A stretch of DNA of 64,000 nucleotides, from assembly GCA_036172245.1 (NCBI GenBank), contig JAYWIR010000016.1:248001-312000 (forward strand). The letters run 5' to 3'. The stretch is from Raillietiella orientalis (Eukaryota). The position numbers and the translations under genes were made by a program. This document shows, piece by piece, positions 11,499 to 24,700 of the stretch. Within the stretch, counting starts at the first letter, position 1. Each line of letters starts with the position of its first letter. Under the pieces are notes generated by a model that was not told the DNA's origin, ran no database searches, and was given only the letters and a program-made list of their open reading frames with translations.

Positions 11499-12200
11499 TG
11501 GCCCGCGTTGGCTGCGGTCTCCGCGCGCGGCACTGAGCGTTGCGGGTTCGAATCCCGCCCGGGAAGGAAGGATCGACGCCGACAAGTAGGGGTGCTCCGT
11601 GGATTTCGAGCCCTACCCCCCTACAGGAGGACGCTCGCTGGTTGGCCAATTCGGGTGCGGCAACTCTGGTGAAAGCCTCCGTATGCCCCCGTTGACTGTG
11701 ATCCAGGAATCAAGGAGACCTTCGGGGTTCCCCTCCGGTTGTGAAAAGGGAGCCGTCCCCTCCCCTCAGGGGACCCTCTATCTCATACCAGAGAGCCAGT
11801 GGATTGATACCTCTCCAGAATGCAAGAAGCGCGCTTCTCCCTTCGGCGAGCGCCCTTCGGAGAAACCGGGAAGTGTCCCTTCGGGATTCTCTCCAGGGGA
11901 GGAAACAGGGAGAGGATCCTTTTCGGGGAGTCCCTCCGGAGAGAACAAGAAAGAGGTTCCCTTCGGGGCTCCTTCCCAAGAGTCAGAGAGGAACGGCCTC
12001 CTTCCTCGGAGCCTCCCTGGATTCATAGAGTGGTCCCCTCCCGGGGTACCCCCTGTAAACTGAAAAGTGGACACGTACCCTCGGGCAGTACGGGCAGCGC
12101 CAAAGTACATGGACCCACCCTAAGAGGCGGGCGGTTCTTCAGCATTCCTTGAGAACCAAAAAAAGCATCCCTCTCCCCCTTCAAAAAAAAAAGCTGGAAG
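11499..12200 (+). mobile_element. Putative tRNA-derived SINE-like repeat
   Basis: A-box-like TGGCCCGCGTTGG at 11499 and a perfect T-arm/B-box GCGGG-TTCGAAT-CCCGC at 11542-11558, at tRNA-like spacing but with no acceptor stem. The body is homologous to 3820-4400 and ends in an A-rich tail (gagaaccaaaaaaa..aaaaaaaaaagctggaag). Confidence 0.55.
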
Positions 12201-15200
12201 GCGGAGGAGAAAGAGGGTGGGCACATCAGAAGCGGTTTCTAAGGAGACCGTTAAGACCCTCAGACCACTGAAGACCATCCCGCGAAGTGCCGGCTGGTTG
12301 GAGGCTGCCACCCCGACTGCACGAAGATGGTGGCGACCTGCCCTTCGCGAGGGCACTCCCCTTGCACCCCCCCTTCCCTCGATCCTGCAGAGCCGGTCGT
12401 CTGTTGCTGCGTTGCAGAGCGCCACACGGCGCGGAGGCGGTGGTTCCGAAGGGATGCGGCGGCGTAGGGACCGGAGCCAACCGACTGTGCCATCAGCCTC
12501 CAAAACTCTGAACAAAGACCGAGCCTGGAAACTGTCCCCCCACCCTCCCCACCCGCAATCTCCCACTCCCTCGGAGAGCGTCTGCTACGCCCGGAGCGCG
12601 GTCACCCCGCCTGTCCTCCGGCGGACCCCCGCTGCTCGCCGCGGAAGGGCGTACCAGAACCCTCCCGCTGTCCTCCAGCTGGAAAGATGGCGTTGGAAGG
12701 GGAGATGCTCCTTCCGCCGCCACTTCCCTGGAGCCCCTGACGCGAGAGGGCCACGGTCAGAGAGAGAGCACAGCATCTCTCCCCTCCCTGTCACTTTCCT
12801 GGGGGCGAGGAAGGGGGAAGAGAGAAGAAACTAAGAGAAGAACCGCGCCTACCCACCCCATCCCCTTCATCTTCTCGCGTGCGCGCGACCCCGCAGTGAG
12901 AGTAGGACGGAGGCCCAAAGGGGCGGACAGCTTCTTGGGGTGGATGGTGGTTCCTACCCACCAGTGGTGGTGGCGGAGGCGGCCGCGGCGGTGGTCTCGA
13001 AGCCTCTCCTCCGCCGCCTCTTTCCTCTTCCTCTTCTTCTCCTCCCCCGTCCGTCTCTTCCTTCCTGCCTGGAGGGCTCCGGGTGGGGCAGAGGAGAGAA
13101 TCCCGGGTCTGCCCGCCCTCCCGCGGCGAGAGGCGTATGGGCGCGAATGCAGAGGGAAGAAGGGCGATGCAGAAAGGCCTATAGTTTCTTCGGATGCGGA
13201 CGGGTGCCTCTCCCCCCCCCCTCCCTCAAGAATGGGGAAAAGGGGGAAAGGATTTTCTTCCTCCTGCCCGCTGCTCACCGCGTGGGCAGTGGCGGTGCGG
13301 GCAGGGGAGGAGGAATGGGGGAGGGCGCGGATGTGCCGTCAGCCTTGGGTGCGGCAGAGCACCCAACAATCGAGAGGCACGGGCGGGGAACTCACCATGC
13401 CGGGTCTCCCTGACGATGGGGGAGCGGAGGGGTAGAGGGAGTGGAATCCAGCCTACGATGTCCTTTGGTGTGCTCAGAAAGTGGGTCTGGTGTGGGAAGA
13501 AAGGGAGGGTTCTGCGTCCCCGGTGTGTGTCGTCCGAAGTCGCGGCCTTCCAGCGGAGGGAGGAGGAAGGAGGAGGGGGAAGGTCGAACGCCCCCTCCCT
13601 TTCCTCGTGCGCGTTGCGGCACCACCCCATGTTCCCCCTTTCCCGGTCCACCCTCTCCCCGCGTGTCCTTGACCCGTGCATCTGCAGCGTGCCCTGGTGC
13701 CGCGCGCGGGGGTTAGTCAGGAGGCCTGCTGTTCGCATCGTCTCGGAGAGAACGGAGGGCTGGAGGGTAAAGGGGTGAGTGGGAGGAAGTTCGCCTTCCC
13801 TCCTCCCCTCCCCTCTGTCCCTCCCTGTCCGCCAGGGCTGTTGTTGTCAGGCAGCTCCGTCTCCAGCCGCCTTCTCCCCAGCGGGGGGGAGGGGGGGCAA
13901 GGGAGGGGAGGGGGCAGAGTCATCGGGAGTCCGCCAGCATCCGCTGCGCGCTGCCCACCCGCGCACGATCCATCAGATAGAGCGGGGCCGGCGGTGGGAA
14001 GAGGGCCGGACGGAGACGGCCGCGCTATCGGGCGCGCGTGCGCGCACGCACCACGTCCGCAGAGCAGCCCCGGGAGACGGACGCAGTGATTGGCGACCGG
14101 CGGATGCGTCCTACGCGGAGTCAGGCGCGTGCGGATCCCGCGGGCGCCATCAAATCCCGCGCACGCTCCTGTTATTAGCATGCGGCCGTTTTTGCTTCAT
14201 CGAGAGACACTGCAGGCCGCGCGCGCGGTCCTCCCCGATCGAACGCGAGTGGCTGGAGACCGGAAATCGGACTAATTGCCCAGACGACGGTTGCGCCCCG
14301 AGATTTATGGAAGCTGGAAATTCCCGCGCTATCGTCAGCGAGCGATCTTCGCGCTGTTTTCACGATCTTTCAATAGCTTTTGTCAGTGGAGTTGGAAGGC
14401 GGCTATTTTTATGCTCTCGCGTTCCATCAATCAGCCGCGATTCGCTCGCCCTGGGACGAGCCGCCATTTTGTTTCGTCTCATTACTCGTCCGCGGGGAAA
14501 GCGCGCGCTACCAGAAGCAGCAGCAGCAGCAGCAGCAGAAAAAAGCAAACAAACGAAGAAGGTACTGACTGGAAGGAACGCACGCACTTCCGCGTGCGAC
14601 GCACACAAAGGCCTCGCACCCGCCTAGGATATCGGCAGACGAGAGGGCGCGTTGCTGGCCGGTGGAGGCGCTGCGCCCTCTCGTCGCTGTCCGCCATTGT
14701 TGCGCGCACGCTATAAATAGCGCGGTGGCTGCGGTCCGGATCGTCACACGCTGCGGAAGCGCGGGTCTCCTAGGGAACGCTCGATGTGCGCGACGAAAGG
14801 CGCGGACCATCGCGGTCGTTTACGGGCGCGAGACGGGGAATCTGCGATCAGCCGAACCAAACTGGAGCCTGCCCATCGCATCCATCCTGTCGACAGGACG
14901 TCGCATTATCTGTCGCTGGCGGGACAGTTTGGATGCCCACTCTGGGAAATCCCCGTGCCTTCCTCGCCATTAGACTCTTTTTTTTCTCCTGTTTTTTTCC
15001 TTTTTGGCCTCGCCAGCGCGGCGACAGAGGCGAAAAGATCGAGGAGGGGGAACCATCTCGAGCGGTGGGGGCCAACGACGCTGCCTCCCTCCCACCTTTC
15101 TCGACAGCCGCAGAGGTTCATCTCTACCTGGCGATTATTTTTCACGTTTGTTTTTCCCTTCCCCCTCCCCCTCCTCCGCTCCGGCCCAGAGGCCGGGGCA

Positions 15201-18200
15201 GGGGGCCAGCGCGTCGTTGACTACGAGTTGGAATCGGGGCTGAAGCGACGGTGCTGCCACGGTGAGGATCCTCGCAAAGCTGCTTCCTCCGCAATGGGTC
15301 GCAGCGTGAAGAGCTTTTGCACGGCACCCCCCACGCCCCTCTCCCCAAACAGAGTGGATGATGCTGCCGAACCTCTCCCTCGCAAGCGTTTGGAGACGAG
15401 TCGCGCGGAGACCCAGAGAGCGAATTCGCAACCGCCTCTTTCCCCAGGAGTGACGAAAAAGACGGTGGGGGGTGAGAGGAGCTCAAAGCGTCAGATTCCG
15501 TAGGTGGATGCCTTCCCTTCCCGGGAAAAATCCGCCCTCTTCCTCTGGATTCTCCCTTGCGCGGTCCTGCCTCTGGTACATCCCCTCCCTTCCACTCTCC
15601 CACCCCGCTTACCACTCAAAAAGACGAGGCGAGCAAGAGCATCCCGGTGCGCCTCGAGAAAAAGTGGAAAGAGGGGAGAGTGGGACGGACGGGCATTCTC
15701 TCCCACCTACCTACGCACACCTCTCCCACGGGAGGAAGGGAGGACGGGAGCGCTGGACGCTGCACGTTCGCTTCCCCCCTCGGCTCCCGCGAGAGAAGGG
15801 ACGGAGAAAGGGAGCGCAGGGAAAGGGCAGGAGGACGTGCTCGAACGACGAAGCCTCTCCCGTCCCCTTGCGAGGGATGCGAGGGGACGCGCCGCAGCGA
15901 CTCGCGCGAGCCCCGGGCTCAGACGCAGGGTTCCGGCCCCCCTCCTGGGATCTGCGGAAGGTGCGCTGCCGCCTCTCGTTCTTCGCACGGCGCGTCCTTG
16001 GCTGCTGCGCCTCATGGGCCACGCTGCCCCAGGGGGAGAGGGGGGGGGGAGCGAGAAGCGGACGGACAGCAGGCGGCAGCTCCTTGGGGAGGCGCAGACG
16101 GCGCCCTCGGACGATGCGCGCCGGCTACAGGGAAGGTCTGGGGCAGAGGCAGAGGGCGAGATCGTCTTCCTGGTGACCCCAGAAGAGCTGCCTGTCCCCC
16201 TTTCGTCGTTAGGAAGTTCCCGCACCCCAGGCAGGCCTCTGAAGGGAAAAGAGGAGGAGGGGGGGGGGGAAGGTTCCTTTTCGTCTCCCCACGGGGACCA
16301 GGCGGACAGTGAGGACGGTAGGAAAAAAAGAGGGGGCCGAAACGCGAGTAGGACCGCGTGCCTTTCCCGTCTGCTGCTTCCTGTGCGAGGGCGAGCGCGT
16401 AAAGGGGGGGAAGGCTCGCAGAAGGACTGCCGCTTCCCCTCTCGGATCCCTGCCCCTTCCTTCCTCTCCGAGAAAGGCGGCGGAAAAAAGACGGGTTCGG
16501 TTCGCATTCCGGAGGATAGATGGCAGCAGCACCGTTCCTTCGCCGCCGCCTCCGCGCATTTCCGCCGGCGAGGGGATTCCCGTCGATCCCCTCCGCCCGT
16601 CCGCGACGTTCTGGGGCCGAACTTCAGGTCTGGCTCTTTTCTCGAGTGCTGGCGCCGGAACGCCTCCTTCCTCTTCCTTCCCTCCCTCCCGTCGGGCGGG
16701 CGCTACGGCGCCATCTTGAATTTCCGCGGGAGCAGTTCGATCGCGCCTCCTGCGCTTCCCGGGGGAGAGCTTGCACACCGATTTGGAGGGATTTCGGCAT
16801 GCGGCGCTTTTCCGGCCCCCCATTCTCCGAGCGAGGGGTATCCGTGGGGGAGGAAGACGGGGGTGGACCCACGGGACGGCGAGCAGAAGTCCCGCCAGGG
16901 CATCGCTTCCGGTTCCTTCCTTGCGGGGCGCGCCCCCTCGCAGTACCGCCGCGAAGCCGACGGGCGGCCGGTCGCAAGGGCGGGGCCCGCGCACACGCGC
17001 GCGGGGGGGGGGAGGCTGGAGAGAGGCGCCGCGGGGATACCCGGAGCGATGGCGGCGAGAGCGTGGGTACGCACGGGTGGGAACCTCCTGTCGCTCCCTT
17101 CCCGTTGGCGCCTCACCTCGAGTGGAAGGCACTGTAGGGGCGACGTCTTATCGCTCCCGGCGCCCTCCATTCGTCCCGCACTCGCGAGTTCCCACCCGGC
17201 GATCCCGCGCTCCGGCGCCGACGGGCGAGCGTCCCCGCACGGAAACTGGCGCTCCTCGCGCCTCCGACGTGCTCGCGCGCAGTGGGCCCGCGCGCAACGC
17301 CGCGCGTCTGCGCGGAAGCAGAGGGGAGACGGTGGGTGCGCAAGCGCGCGCCACGCCGCGGTCACGTGCCCACGCGCGCCGTGACCTACCCGATCCCCTC
17401 CGGCTTTGGCTTGCGACCTGCACAATTTTCGCTCGCTGGGGGGAAGCGGCGGCGGCTTAAGCTTTGTGGGCCGAGCCACCACGCCCCTGGGCCTGCCCAC
17501 GACTGCGCCTCGCGTTTTCACGCGCGTGCGCGCCACCCGCCCTACCGAGCTCCTGCGCACGCGCTGCGGCGGCGGCGGCACGCCGGCTGCTTCCCTCGCT
17601 GTACGCGCTCGCGCAGGTAGGTCAGCGTAGGGGCGCTCGCGGAAATGCATCGAGCGGGGGGGGGGGGGAACGAAGCACGACCCGAACACGCACACGCCTT
17701 CCCCGCCCACCCTCCTCGGAAGGTGCATGCAGCGCTGCCAGCTGCTGGCGACCTCGGAGGGAAGCTCCAGGAGAGGATGGAGGATGCTCTGGGAAACCGG
17801 GAGGCCGTCACGAAGGAACGAGCTCGTGAGGACGAGAGGGGGAAACGATAGATGGCACGAGTGGTGGAGGTCCACTGGGACGGACCGACTTGCCCTGCGG
17901 TCCAAAGCCTGTGGGAACGTGCGCTCTTCCTTCGTCGGTGTAATCGGGGAAACGGCGGCGGCTCGGATATCCGGCACCCCCGCTGACTTGGGAAGGAAGC
18001 GGGGTGCGGGATCGGACCCGTTCCTCCTCGAAAACCGAGTCCTTCCTCTGGGACCTCCTCTTCCTCGCGTCACCAGACCGACGAGCAGGCGACCCTCGAG
18101 GACCCCTCGAGTCGGCTGAGGCGCCCGCTCCCCTTCCCCCATGCTGCCATCCTTCGAGACGGAGAGTCCTTCTGGAGCGGGCAACGAAGCCAGCGGCCTT

Positions 18201-21200
18201 CTCCCGTCGGATGAATCCTCCCCTCCCCTCCCCTCCTGGGCCTAGGAGAAGCCGGCGGTGCCATGCACCACTCGTCCTGAACACGCCGGCCGTCTCCTTC
18301 CGCGTCCTCTGAGGGTGGCCACTGCCACCTCAGCCGGCCTTCCGTGTTGCTCCCTCCTCCTCCCCTTCGGCAGTCCCCACCCCTTCACCCCTGTGGCGCT
18401 GGCCCTCGCCTCCATGGCAAGGTGCCTCAGGGGCAACGGCTCACGGGCGGACGCGCGCACACGGCCCACCTTGGCGCCCAAGGACCCGACGACCTTCGCT
18501 CTTGGCTCGCCGTTCACTCCTCCTCCCTTGGTCCGCCCACTCCCACCCCGACAGCAAGTCGTCACGAGGCGAAAGCTCGTTCTTTCCGTGACGGAGGAGG
18601 AAGATAAGCGGCGAGGGGAGGTGGGGGTAAAGGGTGAGGAGAGGACGGAAAGGTCACGTTGAGACGCACTCGCGAGGCGTGGAGCAGTGGAGTCCTCCCG
18701 GCGAGGGGTACGCCGCATGGCGTCGCGATCCTCCTCGCGCCCTCCGTCCCTTTCCCTTTCCATACCCTTTCCCCGGGAGACTCCCCAGAAGAGGAGAGGC
18801 AATAGGGGCAGCAGCCCGCTCCGGTTCAGTGCATGGGGATTGGACGGTCCCGCGGGCGACGGGAGCGCGCTTCCCGGGCCTCGGGCAGCCAAGGGCCCTC
18901 GCTGCACGCGTGCCTCGCGGGCGACCGAGCGGGGGGGGAGAAGGCGGGCAGCGATGAAGGGGAAAAGCAGGTGCACCGCAACGGGAGGACACCCCAGCGT
19001 GCTCATCTTCCCGGCAGCATACACGCGGTGGCGTAGCGGGTGGATGCGATCCTGTGGCCAAGACACCGATGCCGTGGGCAAAAAGAGGAAAAAAAAGGGG
19101 GGCGGAATCCGAGCGTGGGCGTCTCTTTGCATGCCGCGCTGCGAATAAAAAGATGGGCTGCCCCTCTCCTCAGAGTTCACGGTATGCGAGCGCCTAGCAA
19201 CCAGGACGCGTCGCCAAGCACAGGCCATTGTTGACGGGAAGCCTACGTGCAAAATCTGCCCGCTGCGTGCAAAACATTTTCTTCCCGAAAGCCTTCCTTA
19301 GGCGTTGTCGCAACCCAAATCGCGGGTGCCGTCCGCGTTTCTCCCACGTCTGGCGCGTGCACGTAGTGTGCGTGCATGTGTGTGTGTGTGTGTGTTTGTG
19401 TGTTTTCCACTGACGCCGAAGATCCGTTAAAGGTAAAGCGAAAAATCGTTGGGGCGAGCTCGCCAGGGTTTCCTAGAGTGTGGGGAGGCTCTTCGCTTAG
19501 GGGTGCAAGGGAACGCGAACGACGTGTTGGGGGTGGGGGGAACGCGAGCGATTAGGAAAGGAGGCGGGGAGATGACAGTTTAGTCCGCAGCTTAGTGATA
19601 AAAGCCTACTTTCAAGTCTGTTTCGTGGGAGATCACCGCAGACTTCCTTTTTTCAATGAGTCGAAAGAGTTTGTTCAGGTGCCCAATTGCGCTTGAAGAG
19701 GATTTCCGGATCAGAGGTCAGAAAGTAGGGGACAGGCGTGATGGAACACAGAAGTCCTCCCACTGAAGACAGAGTAAGGAAGGGGGAGGGATCGGTGAAT
19801 CCTCTTCGAGAGAGCTCTGCTAGAGCACGCGGAGCTCGAGGGGAGAGAACCTGAAGCCATGAGAGTCCGTGCTGCTTGTCGGTCGGCACCTACCCTTTTC
19901 GCCCGATTTCTACACCCCTCTCTCTCTCTCTCTCTCTCTGTGCCCGTAGGCAGGTCGTCCGACCCCGAAAGTTCCAACCCGGGAGCGGCGCCGGGCTCGC
20001 TGACCCGGATGCGCGCGTCGAAACGCGGAAACCGCAGAGCTGCTCCACCTGCCCTGTAAGGAAGAAGGTATGACGCTACTGCCTCCCTCCGGCCGACCAC
20101 CGTGGTTGAGCATTCCCGGAGTCGAACACGGAGAGGACGCGTGTCCGCCGCGGACACGTCGATTCGACGCAGGCGTCGCACCGCCGATTCCACACAGCCG
20201 AGTCCACACGGGAAGCAAGATAGAGGGAATCTCGTTATCCCCTTGCCAACTTCACAACTTCCAGCGCCGTCGTCCAGAGGAAGACCAGGAAGCTCTCCGC
20301 GTAAATCTCGCGGTGAAAAAGCACCACCATACCTCCTTCCTTCCGGGGACCCGGAAACCCCGTTCCTCGTTCTTCCCCTGGACGAATGAGCGGAGGCGGG
20401 TGAGGAACGAGAGCAAGGGGGGTGAAGCTTTCGGGGTCCCCAACGGGGTGTCCCAGGAACGCGGTTTTGCTGCGTTCCGAGTGAGACACGATGGCGCCCG
20501 CGGCGCGAGTCTCGTTCGACCCTGCCGAATGACATAACGGTGAGGCTGGTGGTCGTCGGTGCATGCGTCGGATGCGTGCGAGCGCTCGTAGCAGGCCGGG
20601 CCCGGCGATGGCAGGAGGATGGAAGTGGGTGCAGCGCAACCGAGTTCCCGCCCTTCCAGCCATTCCCCTGCCGGGAAGAAGAAGCGAAGCTTGCGGAAGC
20701 GCGGTGCTGGAAAACCGCGGCGCATGGGTGCATGAGGAGAGAATCTCGATGACCGGGAACGAGGAACTGAAGGACCCGCCTGCTTACGAACGAATGCTCC
20801 CGGTCACCGGGGACTCCTCGAGCTGACCGTTTTCCGGGGAGCGTGCGCTCGCCTTCCGGTGAGGAGTAGACCGAGGCTGCGGGCACGTCGTTCTCCGCCA
20901 CGTGTGCCTCCGCGCATTCGAATGTGGGCTGATCCACCGAAACGGCCACCTTATCCCACGGAAGGAGCGGCGGCGCCACCAGGGAGAGGGGAGAGAGCTC
21001 TTCAGCCCACCGGCGCCTTCCACGGTGCACGCGGGCGCTATCTCCTCCACCTCCACTCTTCGGGCGGGCCGGCGTCAACTCTCCCTGCTCCTGCACCAAC
21101 AGGAAAGAGACACACGCAGAGCCGCAAATTGTGCTCCGTCGGCGAAGCCACAAAAAACCCATACACACACACACACACACGCAAAAAAGGGAAAAAAAAA

Positions 21201-21755
21201 AGAAGAAGAAGAAGAAGAAAGGAGGAACATCAGCAGCGCAGTCACGAAAGGATTCCTTCCTCCCCTTTCGAAAATCCGGCGTTGTCATTTCCCTCTCTGC
21301 TTTTTGTGTTTTGCGAGGACTGTTAATTCCGCAGTTGGGAGATGTGCGCAGATAAATGAATTTGCATCCCTGCAGCAGCAGCAGCAGCAGCACTAATTGC
21401 GAGCTCTCTCGGAGGCGGCGGCGGCGGTCCCTGCCGCATCCCGCCGGAGAGCACGGGCGGATTTTGAAAAATTTCCAAGTTGTTTCCGCTCGCGGTGTCG
21501 CTGCTGACGTCACTCCGCGGCGGCGGCGGCGGCGGCGAGGCAACCGCGCGCGCGTTCGGTCACCAGTGCCGCGGCGCATGGATACGGCGCGTGCGTGTGT
21601 GTGGCAACGTGCTCGCGGGATGCTGCTGCAGCAGGGCCGATCAGCCTCCTGATCCCCGAATGAAACCGACTTCATCTCGCTTGCAAACGGCCGAAAATGA
21701 AACGTATCCTTGGAAATTAGCAGAGTATCTCTATAACAAAATTTCTGCTTAGCCA

Positions 21756-24700
21756 ATGGGCAAAAAGTCCAAAAGGAAAACGCAGTGGAAAGAACTTTTA
21801 ATTGGTAAGCAATTTCCGAATATCGACTTTCTTGTCTGAGGTGGGGGAGGTGACGCTGCCGGCGAACGTGGTTCCCCAGGCGAGGAGGTCTGGTTCGCCC
21901 CCACCCCCCACTTCCCGCCCCCGCCCTCGCAAGGGTGCCCTCGATTTGGAGTTTTCATCGCGAGTTTCAAACACCTACACCGAAATAGAAACACGAAATT
22001 CGAGTGTCACTTCACACTTCAGTGCTCCCTACTTGAAGATTTTCCGAGTCCTCGTGGACCTCCTGCGCGGGTGCAGCAAATCGAATTCGTGACCCCCACC
22101 CCACCCATGCAGCATTTTCCGGCTTCCGTCTATGTACCATCTGTGCGTTGTGTGTATTTCTGTCGTTAATAAAGAATGAAAATAGGAAGGCCCTCGAAAT
22201 TATTTTTTTTTTTGTTTTTTTAACAACAAAAAAAAAATTCCCCCTCCATTTCGAAGCCCGCAGTTGGTAGTGTTAGGCTTAATTCCGCAGACTCCCTTCG
22301 CAGGCAGTAAGGACACGACGATCCAACGTAAAGTGTATACACATATCGCCTTTGTGCGCTGCAGAGTGTTTCCTTGTGATTCTTATTACTGTTTTTCATT
22401 TTTCTGCGTTACGTCTGTGGTAATGGGTGGGTCGTTCCAACGGAGAGGGCGAGGACACTCCCTGCGTTAACGTACGCGGTTTGCACACAAGCGTGTACCA
22501 GTGTTCACGCCAAAGAAGCCGGAGGAGAAAGTTGTGCTTGCACGCGCGCGCGCGTACGCATGTGTTGTACACGTGCCTGCATGCGTGCGTGCGTGTGTAC
22601 ACGCGCCTACGTGCATGCGTGCGTACAGTGCGCGCGCCGTATTCGCGGTCGTGTACACGAGCGTGTGCCCTGCTTTTATTTCCTTCCCCCCCTTCCCCTG
22701 CATTTCGCTACTACTACTAATCCCCCTTTACGCAACCGTTTTGTAATAAATATGTATAATGCGCATGAGCTGCAAAGATTCGATTTTCCATATGACGTTA
22801 CGGAGTCGTATCAAAGGATGGATATCATTCCAATGTGCTTAAATATCTCGGCTTCATTAAGCGTCAGGAAGCTGCCATAAGATCCATTAGGTCCGGCCGG
22901 CTATCCCTGGAAACACGGCAATCAAAAGGCGGTTTTGCCGGGAACCGGGAAGTTTCGTTCCCGTTTTTTTTGCCAAGTGAGCTGCTTGGCAACTCGTAGG
23001 TAAAAAAATCACCTTTGGTCTTTTGATTCCCTGTGATGAAGTGATGCTGAAAGTGAATTGTGTGTGCTTCGCTTTTTTTTCCTTTTCTTTGTCAGGAGTT
23101 TCGAGGCGAGCAAAGGCCACGTTTTTTTTCCTTCCTTTTTTTTTTCCTTTTTCACTCGACTTTTGCGTAATACTCAATTTCGTATGCGCGCTGCGGGGAG
23201 ATTTTCCTTTTTTTCTTTCCTCCTTCCTCTCTTGGCTGCATAAATCGGAGGAGGAGGGAGGGAGGGGGAGGGGGCGGCCCTCCCGTTAATTAAAGGAAAG
23301 CGCGCAGCCCGTGGCTCCCCCCGCACACTCATTGTTGCGTTTGCCCAGTAGGGACGTGGGGCTCCCGGGAATGGGATCGAACGGGATGCCGTCGATTCGT
23401 GTGTCGGGAGAGGGCGGATCGGCGGCGGAACGCATGGCTCCCTTCTTTTCCCCGTTCCCGCGTTCAGAAAGACGCAACCCTCCCTTCCCCCCCCCCTTTC
23501 CTCCCCCCCTTCCACTCCTGGGAAGCTCCTTAAAAAGCTTTGTATGTTTTAGGTGAAGAGACTCCCAAATTGATCGAGCATGCTTCTGATGTTCCCCCGA
23601 ACTACCCCCCTGCAAGAAGAATAATGTACAGCAGGAATCAGTCCGACTTTAAAACGGAAACGAAAGTGATCGATAACGGTGAGTCCCGCCGCTGCACGTC
23701 CTCTCCCGTGGGGCGAAAAGGTCACGTGGCGCAGACGCCGGGAAAAAGCGCGACGTCCTGCGTCCCCCCTGCCTGCCCAGTACCTTTTCGCCGAACAGGG
23801 ATGCTTCTATCTTTTCGTTTCATCACGAACACGGCCGTCGGGATTGTATCTTGCAATTATCTGTTACGTTCCAGCAGAAAATTAATGTCTGCTTACATTA
23901 ACGCAACAGTTCCTGCCGTCGTCGGGATGAGTCGTTATCTTATCACACTTTCGAGGAGCCAGTCCTCCTAATTTGATTTCGTCACTTCGGGCCGCAAGTT
24001 CCTCTCTTCTTCTTCTTCTTCTTCTTCTTCTTCTTCCTCCTCCTCCTCCTCCTCCTCCTCTTCTTCTTCTTCCTCTTCTCCGTCCTTGCGCGTGCGGCTT
24101 CGTCCAGCCGAGGGAGAAGCCCTGCGCCGCCGTCCTCAAAGAGGGCCGTCGTCGTCGTCGTCGTCCTCGTTCTGTCCTGGTCACGTTTCCGGTTTGTCGG
24201 CCGCCGCTCCTGCCACCAACTGGGTTCCAAGGTCCGGTTCCCCCCCCCCTCCCGTCCCAGGCGAGCTGAAGATGCGCGTGAAAAATTCAGAATCACAGAT
24301 GATGGATGCCCCCAATCTCCCCATTCTCGCTTTGCCGTGTTGGTAATGGGTTCCCAAAGCGGGCAGAAGAGTCCTGGGGAAAAAAAAAAAAAAAAAAAGT
24401 GAAGCAAACAAAGCGCATCATCTGAATTCCCCCCCCCCCCCGCCTCTCCAGATCCCATCTTCCAGCCATCCGTGTAAGATTTTGTTTTCAGAGTCCCACA
24501 CAGTGCGTGTTTTTTTTTTTTCTTCATTTCCTGGGGTGCACGCGTAGGTCTCGAGTTCGATTTGATCGCTGCAAGCACGGATTGCTCAAATTATCGAAAC
24601 AACGTTTCCACAGCCCGGAGTGCCTTTATTAATCAGGATGCTGTTTGAGCGTTATCTTTACGTTTATCTCGAGATGTTGCTATCTTCGAGCAGACTAAAG

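Noticed and set aside
11492..11565. tRNA gene suggested by the perfect T-arm
   Set aside because: No acceptor stem or clear anticodon arm, and it is embedded in a dispersed repeat. It is treated as a tRNA-derived head.
15504..17384. 626-aa plus-strand ORF
   Set aside because: Arg/Gly/Ala/Pro-rich with equally long overlapping ORFs on the other strand and no domain. This is a GC artefact.
19400..19440. Strong donor AAG|GTAAAG at 19433 as a 5'UTR exon of the orphan gene
   Set aside because: Plausible partner for the acceptor at 21752, but it cannot be distinguished from a trans-splice acceptor or chance without transcript data.
19711..21756. 681-aa minus-strand ORF divergent from the orphan gene
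   Set aside because: It runs through microsatellites (poly-F, CV repeats, poly-R), shows no recognisable homology and lacks coding-like composition.
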